Below are positions 23,357 to 36,409 of a stretch of DNA of 64,000 bases, in pieces (position 1 is the first letter of the stretch; each line of letters begins with the position of its first letter). A model generated the notes under the pieces. The model saw only the letters and a list, made by a program, of their open reading frames with translations. It was not told the DNA's origin and made no database searches. A program made the position numbers and the translations under genes. Source of the stretch: Vitrella brassicaformis CCMP3155 (Eukaryota > Protista > Chromerida); assembly GCA_001179505.1 (NCBI GenBank), contig CDMY01000366.1:398244-462243 (forward strand). Reading direction: 5' to 3'.

Positions 23357-26300
23357 TCACTTGATGGTAGGGGGCTTGAAGCGACGACGCGACCGGTACT
23401 GCATTCATTCAGACCAAGCAGCAGCAAGAGATACTAATCTGCCCCTTTCCCACCCACTGCAGGGGCGCCTCTTTTACTATTACAAGTTCTTGCAGGTTGA
23501 AGGTGGCTTGTGGAACCACGACCTCCTGAGGAGCCTCCAGAGGACGACAAATCGCCTGACGGTTGGCGTCAGCCACATGAGATGAACGCCCACCACCACC
23601 ACCAGCAGCAGCAGCGGCCGCGCCTCCACCTTCCACTGTGCGCCTGGGGGCGATCACGCGGCCATCATCGTCTGCTGGTTGACCACCCTCCACCCCCTCC
23701 CCCTCTCTCTCCCCTTCCCCGCCGTCTCTGCCCATCTTCCTCGTCTTGGCCCCTCCTGCTGCTGCCGCTGCCTGGCCACCTTTCTCGGGCGACCTTGGCC
23801 GCTTCAGTCCCGCCCTGTCGCTCTCAACAGGCAACTGCTCGTCGGGGATGAGATTGATCGGCTGCACGGCCGTCCCATACTGATCAGACAGCTGCTGCCG
23901 CTGCCGGTCACCCTGCTGCACCTCCTGCTCCTCTTGGTGGATTGGCTCGTATTGCTGCTGCTGCTGCTGCAGCATGGGCTCGTCTGCGGCTGTGAGAGGG
24001 AGGGGAGCGGGGCGTGGTGCGTCAGGCATGGGGATGGCGGCGTCGGAGGGCTCAGAGAGCTCATCCTCGGGCGGTGGTGGTGGATGTGGCGGGGGAGCTG
24101 CCGCTGCGGCTGCCGCTGCTGGTGCTGATTCGGATGGTCGTGGGACGTCCTCCAGTTGTGGTAGGGGTGAGGGCGGCGGCTCTTGCTTCACCGCCTCACC
24201 CTTGACCTTCTTCTTGACAGATGTCGCACCCTGCACACATCGATGGATGGATAGATAGATGCAGCCGAAAACAATCAATCTTCCTCCCTCCCGCCGTGCC
24301 TCCTTGCGTGCCTCACCACGAGCATTGTGGCCTTGCTGAAGGCATCGACAAGTTTGTTGAGGTGCTGCATGCCCTGCACCATCTTGGCCCGCGTCTCCTC
24401 CAGTGCAGCGTCAGTCATGTCGGCAGACAGCTCCTCGGCTGCCTCACCGATGCGGCTCGCGCCCGTGTTGTCTTCCTCCTCGTGTGTGAGGTCGACCACT
24501 CGCGACACGATGGCCTCCGGCACGCCTGCCGCCCTCATCAGCTGGTAGGGGTCGCTGAACATGCTCCCGCTGACGGGCAGGGGGTTGCCGTCCTCACCAA
24601 GCTCCCGCTTCGGTTCCCGGCCGGTCTCCTCGTCTGCCGCCTCCACATCCTTGTCACGCCCTCCACCACCAGCAGCAGCGGCGGCAGCAGCAGCCGGGAC
24701 CTCCTCAGCAGGCTTTTCCTGTCGAGGTCGGTCACTGGCAGCATCCGCAACAGCAGCAGGGAGAGGCGAGGGAGTTTCGACCCTGTCTGCAGGCGACTGA
24801 GCCTGATCGGGAACGACAGCTGGGGGTGCGAGCAGCAGGGGGGGCGGTCGCTTGCTGGCTGCTTTTGGAGGGGGCCTGGGCTCCTGATCAGATGCTGCTG
24901 CTGCCGCTGCTGCTTGTGGGGGCGGTGCTGTGCTCTTGGGCGGTGGGGGCGGTGGAGGAGGGGGCGTGGCGGCCAGCGGGGGACTGGCGAACTGCACACA
25001 CACACCCATGCACGCAGATCAGTACATGCATCAAACCACCCACTGCGTCAGTGACTCACCCCTTTGTTTGGTTTGCCCTTGTCCTTCTGTGCCTTCTTGA
25101 TGGCGTCGAGCCTCGCCTTCAGATCGCTGATCTTCTGCGGGTCACGCTGGGACTCCGGCTGCGCCCGCAGCTCCAGAATCTGGGCCTGCACGGCAGCCTT
25201 CTCCTGCTCCAACGACATCTCGGGCTCAGGTGACTTGGGCGGCTCGGCAGCCCCACCTGCTGCGGCCTCGCCTGTGATGTCGACAACAGGGGCAGGCGGC
25301 ATCTCACTCGGCTCTTCTTGACGCATGACAGTGTCGGCCACGGGTGGCGGGGCAGCTGCCGCACCTGTTCCTGCTGCGGCAGAGTCATCCATGTTTGGCG
25401 CGTCGACCATCACCGCATCTCCGTCCCCCCGTTCTCTGCTGGCCTCCAGCCCCCCGGCAGGGGGCTGTCCCTCATCCCCCGCCCTCTCGGTCTCTGCCGC
25501 TGGCCTGTCAGCTGCTCCCGGCTCGGGGGAGAAGCGCCTGTTCTGGGCGTTCTGCCTCAGGATGCTCTTGAGCTGATTCAGTCGCTCCGCCTGATTCATC
25601 CGCTCCGCCGCTGTCGCATCGGCCGGTGGCGCCTGGGGGGGCTCCTTGGGGAGCGGTCTCACAGCCCCTGTGCGGCCCCTCGCCAGGCGAATCGATGAGA
25701 GCGGCTTCCCCTGCCCCTTGTCGTTCACGCTGAGGGCATTCGTCGCAATGTCTTGGAACTGATCGCTCAGTGCCAAGCCGGAAACCTCAGGCCGCGTATC
25801 CTGTTCGCCCACCGCGGCCCTCCAAGGCTCTCGGTCACGGCCGTCCGGGCCAGGCAGGTCAGAGCACAGCTCGATCAAATCGCCGACGGCGTTGACAATC
25901 TCGGTCAGCCGATCGCCGCTCACATTGCCGTCAAACACGTCCTCAGCATGCTCCTGCCCTTCTTGCTCCCGCGGCGGTGCCACTGGAGCAGCGGGGGGCA
26001 CAGGTGGCCGTACCGAGCGCGGAGGTGGGCGCGGAGGGGGTGGCGGTGGAGGGCGAATCGGCATATCAGCGGCTTTGGGGGCGGGAGGACGGGAAGGAGG
26101 CGCCAATGGTGCGGCTGGCGGCCGTCCGTCGTGGAAGGATGGAACAGGGGGGATGCGAGGGGCAGCAGGCGGAGCCTTTGGGGCCTTCGGAGCCATAGCC
26201 TTCGTAGGCGGTGCCGACGCAGCTCTTTCGCCGCCGCCCCCATCCTCTGGCTCCTTTTCCTTGTCTCCTGGCGGCGGCAGCAGTGGTGAGTGCCCTCCAC

Positions 26301-29300
26301 TCTTCAGGCCCAGCTTCTGCAGCTGCTTGTCGCGAGCCACCAGCCGCTCCCGTCGCTGCTCGCTGACCATCCACTGTCTCTTCCACTTTGTGAGCCCAGC
26401 CTCGAACTCGGCCGCGTCGTCCGTCTCTGTCTTGATCTGGCTGGGCTTGACGGTCAGGTGGATGCGGACGTCTGGACGGCGGCGGGGCATGCCGTCATCC
26501 GGCTCCTGCTTGATGACCACACGACGAGGCTCGTCTGCCGCCGCCACAGTCCCCGCCGGTCGGCTGCCGACAGCAGGGGGCCTGGAGGGTGGTGGATGGG
26601 GGACGGCCGCACCAGCGGCTGCCGCAGGGCGCTCTTGGTCGTCTGTGATGGGTGACGGCTCACGGCGCTGAAGGGGCTCGGGAGAGATGTGATGTCTGTC
26701 ACGGTTGTCCTCTCTGTAGTCACGCCCTCGGGCCCTCCTGCCTCTCTCCTCCCTCACATCCCTGATCCAAGCAAAAGAGCACAGTCAGTGTGCGCGACAC
26801 ACACAAGTGTTCGTCCAGGTCGTCGTGCCTGTGTCATGCATGCCCTTGCTTACGTCATCCAGCCCTTGTCCTTGTCCGCGTCGCCCTCCCCGCGTCCCCG
26901 CGCGGCGAGAAATGCCATCCGTCGGTACTTCTGCCTCTCTCTGTCCTTGACCGTCTTGCCCTTGTACCGACGCTGCTTCGGCGGCCGATAATTGGCTCGC
27001 CGCCGTCGAGGTCGGTCGGACTCGTGTCGGTAGGCGCTGCTCTGCCGCCTCTTGCTCCGCGGACTGACATGGCGCTTGGCTCCCCGCTCAAAGGACCGCT
27101 CGCGTGACACCGACCGCTCCCGGGATGACGGTGTGACCTCACTCCATTCCCCATCCGAAGAGAGGGAGACCGACGAGAGGGATCGGTGTCGGCGTGACGG
27201 GTGCCTGCGGCGGCGGGACGGGCCGGCAAGTCGCTCGCGTGACCGTGACCGTGATCGGTCCCGTTTGTCCTTGAGGCGAGGCCGACTCCTGCGGACGTGG
27301 TCGCTCGATATGGGCGATATGGGGCTGAGGCTCGACGTCTCACTCACAGACAGCGAGCGGGGGACACGCTTCTTGCCCCTTGTGACGTCACGACGAGACA
27401 GCCCTCTCCCTCTGCCGTGCCTGTCGCCAGAGGGTTCCATACTCCTGTCGGGCCCGCTGGACGACCCCCGCCTCTCCCTCCTCCTTGGAGGCGCCGCGTC
27501 TTCCTCAGAGTCATCCTCGATCTCTATCACCTCATGCCGCTGCTGCTGGGGCGCCGCTGGACGGGAGGGAGGGGGCCGTTTTGATGGTGGTGCCGCTGGT
27601 GTCGGTGGGTTGCTGGCGGCCTTGGCTGCCGCCTGTTTGGCCTGGGCGATGACCGCCTTGGCTTCGGCCTTTGCCTTGGGGGCCGGGGGAAGGTTGATGC
27701 GGACGGCATCGCGGGCGGCGCCTGGAACTTGTGCAGCAGCGTTGATACTCTGATGCGAAAAGGACGACAGCAAGGGAAATGAGTAAACACCTCATGTCGA
27801 TCCCTCCGGCTCACCGCTTGTCGTGGCGTCAGCACAGCCTTGTGTACAGGGCCGGTCGCACCCACAGCACCATCGCCCGACGCAGCCACACCAGCAGTGG
27901 GGAGCATGGGCGGCAGTGACGGCGCGCGAGCCCCTACGGGGGGCTGTGGTGGCTGCGACGGTTGGCCGAAGGCACTGCCGTAGAAGGTGAGATCGTGGTG
28001 TGGCGGCACCTGATCGTCCCTGTGCGGGTGTGCTGCTTTGGGGATGGGTGGCTGGTGCTGCGCCTCGCCCCAGAAGCCTCGATTGTCGCTGGGGGCAGCA
28101 CTGGGTGGATCGAGGCCTGGGGCTTGACCAAGGGACTGAATAGACTGAATGAATGAACACCAAAAGAACAAGAACGAGACAGGTAGAGGCACGCGTCCGA
28201 CACGAATGGCTCTCCCTCCCTCCCTCCCTCCCTCGTGTGTGTCTTGTTGTCTTGTGTGCATGACTTGACTGACCTCTGGCTGCATGGGGAATGGGGGCCA
28301 GACGGGGGGATAGGGAGCGTACATACCCTGGGGCGGATACGGGACCCACGGCGGCATAAACGCCTGCTGCTGCTGCTGCATGTACTGCTGCTGCTGCTGA
28401 TGCTCAGCAGCTGCTATGGCCTCTTGCTGAGCATACTCCACATAGATGGGCGCCACATTGGCAGGGGGTGCAGGTCCAGCAGCAGGTGCTGCCATGTCGC
28501 CTTGCCATGGCTCCATCCCCTCCCAGCCCATCAAGCCCGGCTCGGCAGGGGGCCCGCGGTGCCGTCCGGGGTGGTCCTCCTGGTACTGCTCTGTGTCGAC
28601 GATCTCCTCGTACGTGGGCAGAGTGCGGTGGTGGCCACCGTTGGCTGCAGGTGTGTGTGGGCGGGGGTGTGCGTGCTTGGGTCGGTGGCTGAGGCCTGTT
28701 GCCTTGGCCTTGGGCCGCGAACCGGTCGTGACGAATCCAGGGGCCTTGGCCTTGGTGGGGTTGGAGCTCACATGGGCCACCGCTCTGGCAGACAGACAGG
28801 CAAGCAGAGACAAACGAAACATGCGCATCCGTGCATCGATCCGATCCTATCTGTCGGCGGTGCCCGTCGTGTCTTTGTTCTCCTTCTCACCCTGATGCCT
28901 TGGCCTGCCCTTGTCCGCCGTTGGAGCCATTCGGGCTCGCCTGACCCGCCACATGTCCGAACCCGTCCTCAATCCGCTTCCCCTCTCCCTTCTTCTCGCG
29001 ATCGCTCCGACCTTTGACCTCCGCCCACTTCTGCGCCACCACAGACTTCAACGCGTTTGTGAGCTCGGCGAAATGCGACGCCTCCACATCATCACCACAA
29101 CCATTCAGCTGCTGTTGTTGCTGCTGTCCTGGAGCTGCGGCAGCAGGCGCCGCTGATGAGGCGGCGCCATTCGGCGGGAGAGCGGCCGAGCCGGGCACGC
29201 CAGACATAGACGCTTTGCGCTGGCTGCCGATCAAGCGCAGTGCCACTGCGGTAAGGGTCTCGGGGCGCGGCTGCGGACCCTGCTGGTCAATGCCGTTGAC

Positions 29301-29633
29301 GAGCGGCGGGCCACTCTGCGTCCTCTTGACTGCTTTGTGGCTCTCGCACATGGCCAGAAAGGCGTCACCCGGTTCAGATTCCTCCGCATTGATCGGTGGC
29401 GTGGCCGCTGGCTCGGGCGGGGGAGCTGGGGGAGCTGCAGCAGCAGCACGAGCACCAGCGGCGGCGGCCGGGGTGACGTGTTGCTTGGTGCCTCGCTTGG
29501 CGACGGCTGTCCCTTTCGGCTTGGCTTTCGCCTGAGCGGGTTTGGCGTTGGCAGACGAGCGTTCGACCAGCTCTCCCTCCTCGATCTCGCCCTCCTCTGG
29601 CCCAGTCGCCCCGACATGCGACGCAGCTGCCAT
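23357..29633 (-). CDS. Large low-complexity Pro/Ala-rich and Arg/Ser-rich protein, multi-exon, function unknown
   Basis: Consecutive long minus-strand ORFs (28887-29834, 27527-28828, 26850-27773, 25048-26757, 24275-25009, 23409-24278) linked by GT-AG introns. RS block RDRSRSRSRER...SRERSVSRERSFER. Ends ...APLQW|YRSRRRFKPPTIK*. Confidence 0.75.
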
Positions 29634-29936
29634 CGCGGTAACCGGAAACAGTCTCCGCCTGCACAACAACAGAAGAGACGCACAGAGAAGGAGGAAGTGA
29701 GCGTTATGCATCTCCCAGTGGAGACCACATGCCTCTCCTCTGTGTCCTACTTGGATCAAGCACCGATGCGTCAGGCTTTCTTCAAGGCTGAAGTGAAGAC
29801 TTTCATGCACACACAGATCTGACTGATCACACACACTCTGGCTACTATCCTCTCTGCTTCAAAACTCTGCTACAAATTCCCAAAGCTCGCAGTTCCGTGA
29901 AACCATTCTGTCCCTTCGACGCTCCCTTCGTTCACG

Positions 29937-31828
29937 ATGGCGGATCTGTCGGATGCCGAGAAGAAGTTTCTGGGTACACTCAGACCAAGAGATGCAGGGA
30001 TGTGTACACACCACCCCCTGCGTGTGTGCTCCTGATGCATGCAGCCTTTGACTTCAGCAAGAGCTCAGAATGGCAGTCCTATCTGGGTTCACTCTACCCG
30101 ACGCCGCCGCATGACAAGATCCTCAAGTGGAAGAAAAAGTGGTACCAGAAAAATGTGGTAAGTGCGTCGTACGCAAGATGACACGCACAAGAGAAGCCAG
30201 GCACAAGCAGGTGGGCAGGCAGCAGCTGATCTGGCTGTTGCCGTGCCATGCAGGACAAGGATTTCCCCCTGGACTCGTCGGCCGGCGAGCCAGCACGCGA
30301 CAAGCCGTCATCGGCAGGGCCCAGTGGTGCATCATACACACAATCATCGCCCAACAGGAGCACTGCAGGCACGCAAGACACTGGAAGAGAGGGCACGAGC
30401 ACGGCAGTGAGTGATTGAATGGAAGTGATTGTGTTGTGCGTATCCTGCAGGTCGGTCGTCATCCGGTGGCGTCCACCGGCCGATGAGCAATGCCGAGAGC
30501 ATATCGGTGACGGCACAGCTGGTGGCCATCGTGTGTGCCATCATCTACCTCATACCCATGCTAGGCGTCGCCAGAGTAGGACCACCAAGGCAGGAGCATA
30601 CGACTCACCATCGCTGCGTATATCACCATGTGTTCGTTGCGCCGTGTCGTGTCAGCGGGCTTACACCTTCTCGCTCGGCGCCTTTGGGATTGGCTTTTTT
30701 GCAGACGTCGTCAGCAAATGCGGGGTGAGCACCACACAAACACAGCCACACCAATCCCTGCATTCCTTATGTGTGGTGCTGTGTGCCATCCTGCCCGTCA
30801 GATGCCCAAGTTCAGCACGGAGTACCTGCAGCGTGCGGTGCAGGAGGACGTCTTCTTCATGATCATCTACTGCATGTTCTTCCTCACCTCACCGCCCTTC
30901 GTGGTGCTGCTCGTGCCCCCCGCCATGACCGCCTTCATGGCCATCGTCGAATTCTCCGAAGTCCGCGCCGGACCCATGAAGCAGATTGTCGTCCAGAAGA
31001 TGCCTTCCATGGCCGCATCGTTCGAGTCAGCACACACACAGCTGTTACAGCACATGTGCTACACATACACACGTGTTGCTCCAATGGTGTGATGTCACGT
31101 TGCTGTGCAGTCAGGTGACGACTTTTGCTCGTAACATGGGTCGCCAGGTGAGCAGAGAGGAACACACAGGACACGGTTGGTCTATCCACTCATCTCATCC
31201 GTGTGTGTGACATGGTTGCCATTGTCAGCGTTACCAGATCATGGGTTGGCGGGCGGACTGTGAGGTCGGCATCGGATTCCTGCTCATTCTTCTCGCGTTC
31301 GGGTCGGTCAGCACACGGCCGCCGAGTGTCCTGTTCGCTCCTGCGCATTTCATTCGTGTGTGTGTGTGCAGGAGGAGGATGAGTCCCCTGACAGTGTTCA
31401 TATACTGGTCCACCATGAGACTCAGGTCAGACGCACTTGCAACCCAGACTCACACACTGCTCCGCGGCAGTCACACATTTTCATCTGTCTGCTGTCTGTC
31501 TGTCTGTCGTGTGTTGTCTTGATTGGATGTATGGATGTGTGTAGGTACATGATGAGTGCCTTCACGCAGGCCTCGTTCCGCAAGCTGGACACGTCCATCA
31601 CGAGACTCCTCGCCGCACCCATGGTCCCATCCGCCGTCATGACCATCTACCAAAAGGTAGGCACTCACACACATCTTCGTGACCATCCAGAACATACCTG
31701 ACCGGCGTGCCGTGTGTGTCGTGCGCATGCAGATTCGGAGTTATTGTTATTCCTTTGTTGACGAGGACCAGTTGCGTCAGCAGCAGGCGGGCGGGGGAGG
31801 GGCGGGACGGATGTGCACCATCATGTAA
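29937..31828 (+). CDS. TMEM33/Pom33-like ER membrane protein with C-terminal CaaX box
   Basis: Spliced MADLSDAEKKFL|AFDFSKSSEWQSYLGSLYPTPPHDKILKWKKKWYQKNV, PKFSTEYLQRAVQEDVFFMIIYCMFFL, ADCEVGIGFLLILLAF, SPLTVFIYW, YMMSAFTQASFRKLD, ending GRMCTIM*. This is the TMEM33 layout. Confidence 0.75.
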
Positions 31829-32674
31829 CGTGACTGATGGGGGGTGAGTGGGGGATTGATTCCTAATCGACCACTCGGTGTATTTATCTACTGGGTGATT
31901 TGCGAATGAATGAGTGTCTGCGGCACACTTTTTTGGGTGGCACTGATTTGAATGTATACCTCAACACCACCATGAGCTAGGGATGCATCCACACGCACAC
32001 AACACAGCAGACACACACAGACACACACACAGACACACAGACACACATGAGGGACAGCCGGGACACCTTCAGTTCTTGAAAGATGGAAACGAGGAGCGCC
32101 CGATGTCGGCCACCAGATCGTCTACCAGCTGCCTCGTGACCGCAGCAGCGCATCTGATGGATCAAAGAGACGTCGTTCCAACGCACGCGGTGTGTGACCT
32201 TTCGGGACGCATCCTGGCCGCCCTGAGCTCGTCCGCGCAAAACCCAACATCATCGATGCGTTGTGCGCAAAAGCTGTCATGTGGAGGCGTTGAGGCAGAG
32301 GATTATCTGACGATTCGGCAACATCATGGCGTCACCATCACCGAATGGAAAGCGATGCACCTCGTCGCGTGATCACATCCTTCACTGGCAAACGTCATTT
32401 CCAAGCTGGTTGGCCTCTCGCGCATTACTGGGTGGTGCGCCGATAGCTCATCGGCGGGAGGCGGCCAATGCGGTGAGCATACCGATGCGCACACTGACAC
32501 GCGTGTGGACCAACTCTCATGCATGACCTGTTTGTTCTTGCTTCTGTGGCGCTCAGCCAACCGAGGTACGGGAAGCGAAAACATGCCGCTCGGATGTTGA
32601 CAGATCGATGAGGCGCCACGAATGCATTCACTTATATGATGTCTGTGTTATGTCTGTTTGTGGGTGTGCAGATC

Positions 32675-33947
32675 ATGTCGGGTGCGGCTGATGGAGCTGG
32701 TGGCTCGATTGCTGACGAGTCGGCCTCATCGGCTGCGTCTGCCGCCAAGGGTAACCAACACTTTTGCTGCAGAAAGGCACAGCCATTCAAGCACACAGCT
32801 GTCTGTATGTGTGAGGCGTGTTGCAGGTGCGGCCAGTGCATCGTCGGCGAAGCAGCAGGGCGGCATTAATGCCGCTGACGTGCCGCAAGCTGTCGCCCCG
32901 ACTGTAGCCGAGTACGTCAGGAGTTACTCACAGCTGGAGGCCCTCATCGACGCCCATCCCACCCAATTCACCGCCGCCGTCCTGCTGCCCATCCTTACCC
33001 AGCTGCTGCCCGTCGTGGTGGCCTTGATCTTTGGCGCGCTGGTGCAGGTGCCCCTCCCCCAGCTGACCCAAGGTGTGGCCATCATTGTGGCCATCGCACG
33101 CCGGCTCGTCATGCTTGAGAGGGGCGGCGACTGGGCCAGATGGCGGCCGCACTTGGAGATGCTTTATTTGCTGAGAGGAATGAGGCCTGTGGTATTGGGT
33201 GACGACAACTTCGGTGTGTTCCAATATAGATATATTGGTGTGTTCGACCGCCGGGCGTTCTTCATCAGCGAGACGGAGGCGGTCTGGCAGTGGAAGATAC
33301 TCAGCTGGGGCGTCACTGTCGCTGATGGAGGACAACAGACACGACTGATGGACCTCTCCTGCATCGGCGACAGCATCATCCTTCTCCCCCACGCATGTCG
33401 TTTCACGCCCACCCTCCTCGCCTCTGCCAGCCACCTCTTCCCCTCTGACGCATTCGACCCCACCGACCCGCCCACACAGCTGGCCGAGTACACGTACCCC
33501 AACTACACATCAATGGTGGCATTCGTTCTTTTCCGCTGGCTTTTTTGCGGCGGCCACATCCGTCGCGTCAGAGAGTGGTGGTCTTACCGGTCTGCTTATG
33601 CTGCATTTCGGCGTGTGGATGAGCTGCTGGCGGCCTCTCCCAGCGATGCGGCACAGTGGGGGGCGGGGGTGGCCATCTTCGACGGGAAGCGGCCGGACGG
33701 GAAGGGGTTGTCACACTGCCGGTGGGTGGTGCTGGGCAGTGAGGTGATGGGCGAGGGCCACATGGCAGTGATTGAGCTGGTCGATTGGTGGGGTTATTCT
33801 CGTGATGTCATCATATACTCAACCGAGCCGGCCCCCCACGCTCAGACGCGCAATGTCGTGATGAGAATGCTGGGGGCTCAGCTGGGCGGTGTGGTGTGGC
33901 GGGGGGAGCATGAGGCCAGGCAAGCGACGGCCTGCACTCTGATGTGA
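32675..33947 (+). CDS. Lineage-specific expanded family protein of unknown function, 2 exons
   Basis: Exon 1 MSGAADGAGGSIADESASSAASAAK|G joins in frame to a ~1.1-kb exon containing RRLVMLERGGDWARWRPHLEMLYLLRGMRPVVLGDDNF and FDPTDPP. Confidence 0.8.
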
Positions 33948-34639
33948 TCGGGGGCTTTGACGATATGTCGATTGTCCATCCACGACAGAGGGATGCTTGG
34001 CGGTCAGTGAGAGGGGAGACAGACAAACAGCCAGCCGGGCAACGGGCTTTTCTTGGCCTTCTGTGTTATTTGGGCGATTCTGTCTGTCTGTCTGTCTGTA
34101 TTTGCCGATGAGCGTGTGTGCCCGGTGCGGTGTATGCGTATGTGTGATGTCGATGTGTGTGTGTGTCTTCTCTCTTCCTTTTGTGTGTGGCGATTGAGTT
34201 TCTCTTGCCGTCCTACGTCACACTCACACGCACCGCACACAAACAAAGGGGGACCGAGGGGACCCACACACACAGACACAACCCACACATAGAGGGAGAG
34301 AGAGATATGCCCGTCTGCCTGTGCAGTGTGTAAGGTATAGGGTGCATGCCCGTGTGGTTTGTGCAGTTTCTGGCGACGTGGCTGGCTGGCTGGCTGACTT
34401 GATGGATGTGAGTGGGTGGCGAAGACAGCGAGTCCCGGCCGGTGTCGGCTGGCCTGGCGAGCTGTTAGCCGCATGTATACGCGGAAGGAACACAGACCGA
34501 CCAATTTGTACATATTCATTCACATACACGCCATGCAGCAAAATGAGTATCTCAACACACGCACTGTGATCACTCATGCACACACGCCACGCCCCTGTAC
34601 ACAGCAGCTGGCACATAACACGCAGGGACAGCTGACTCT

Positions 34640-36216
34640 CGACTCACCTTCCCCCCTCCACTTTCTGCCCCTCGTACGCCCCCAGCCGTCCAGCCAAACA
34701 TGCGCCCCGGATAATGCCGCAGGAAGGTCCACAGGCGCTCGACCGCCTCCCACATCTGCGAACCCTTGCGGGCCCTCCTGGCGGGCGGCTGCTGGTTGGT
34801 GTCTTCGGCCTCCTCCCTTGTCACTCGTTGGATGTGAGACGCCTTTTGCTCTCCGGCAGTGCAGATGGCATGGGGGGAGGGAGTGGGGTCGGGGCGAGCA
34901 TCTGGCTTGGCCACAAGCTGACACGGGCGAGCACCTCGGCGGGATGGCTGCAGGGTGGGCGTCAATTGGTCGGCATCCTAGGGCAAATACCTGACAGACA
35001 GACAGACAGATGGATGGATGGATGGACAGAAGCAGTCTGTGTTCCCCCATCCCTTCTCACACAGTACACATACATGTCTCTGGGTCGCCGCTTGTCGCAG
35101 TCTGAGAGCCTCTTGTCCGGGGCCGCATCCTCTTGCTCCTGCCCGAATGCAACCATACACGCACACACACATACACACATCAAGAGAAAGGGCAATTGGC
35201 GCCGGACCCAGGATAGCTGTGCTGATGTGCGGTGCATAGTACCATCACGAAGTTCTCTCTCGCGTTCTTGGCCACCTTGTTGCTGCACTCATCAGACACC
35301 CACACACACACGCGTGACAATCCGCCCCGCTCCCACCCACCCCACCCCAGCAATCATACCGGCGTCAGGTGGCTCTCAGATGGGTTGTTTGAACCAAATG
35401 GACTCGAAGAACTTCACCTTGCGCAGCATGCCGCCCGTCACGAAGCTGCGGACAGCACATGTGATGGATGAATGGATGGATGAGCGCATGGCATGGCTTA
35501 CTGTCTGTTGGCCTCCAGGGCCGACATGTTATGGTCCTTGTCCCCGAACGACCACACACACGACACACCGACCCCCTTCTGACGCAACGCCTGGAACAGA
35601 GTCGCAAAGCAGCCACGCTGCACACACGCACACACGGACAGACAGACAGGATTGCCCTGATTCCATTCGACGCGTCCCTGTGTGTGGGCCTCCTGCATAC
35701 CTTCCATTTGCCCGGGTGGAGGTCGCCTCGGCCGGTCGCCTCGGCATGGCTGCGGGCCGAGATAACGGGAATGTGGCGGCTCGTCAGGTAGGCCCTCACC
35801 CCCTGGTACCCTGGCTGCGCCAGATCTCTAGAGTCTTCTCCAGCCTACACACACCAAACATGCACACCGTTTGCACTGGTGGGTGGTCTTGTTGTGTATG
35901 TGTCTGTGCGACTGACCATTCAGGTGAAGCGTTCGATGCGGGAGATGCCCCTGAGGTCAGCGTGGGCGTCGTAGGACACCTGCCGTGGCACGAAGGGCAC
36001 GGTGACGCACCCGCCGTGACCTTCCTGCACACAAGCCTCTGCAAAGCACTCGGGGCCGTCGTATCCAGCGAGAACACCTGCGGGATGTCCGGCGTCCAGA
36101 ACCGAGATAGGGTTTCGACCTGCGAGCTTGGCGTGCCGAGGCAGAATCTATTCCGGAGACAGTCCGGGGCCGCGAGTGGATGCTATTCCGCCAGAAGATC
36201 TGCCTCTGTTCAGCAT
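34640..36216 (-). pseudogene. Decayed HAD-like hydrolase gene, copy 1
   Basis: Exon pieces SNASPEW|LEKTL, VRAYLTSRHIPVISARSHAE...GKWK|RGCFATLF...VWSFGDKDHNMSALEA, LRKVKFFE, and a terminal piece EAVERLWTFLRHYPGRMFGW. These resemble protist HAD-like proteins (TNA-x-x-W, VISAR, WK-x-x-x-F, SFGD). Several frameshifts; no DxD motif I found. Confidence 0.55.
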
Positions 36217-36409
36217 AGATCATCCTCTCTCCGTTCCCCCGAGAGACCTATCTCTCTTCTGTCGCGGGGAAGACAGTCTACTGCAGTGCCGAATTGGCCC
36301 AGCTTGTATGCTCACCCCCCGTCAACAACCCATTGCCTTCTCCGTCCTTCCGCTTTCGTGTTAACTGTATCATCGACTTGCAGTCACGTCGTTCTCTCTA
36401 TCTCTCAGG

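Noticed and set aside
25892-27753. Long plus-strand ORFs overlapping the RS/Pro-rich gene
   Set aside because: Shadow ORFs typical of GC-rich low-complexity coding DNA; splice signals support the minus strand.
32060-32600. Possible exon VLERWKRGAPDVGHQIVYQLPRDRSS...
   Set aside because: No start, no consistent downstream exons and no family recognised.
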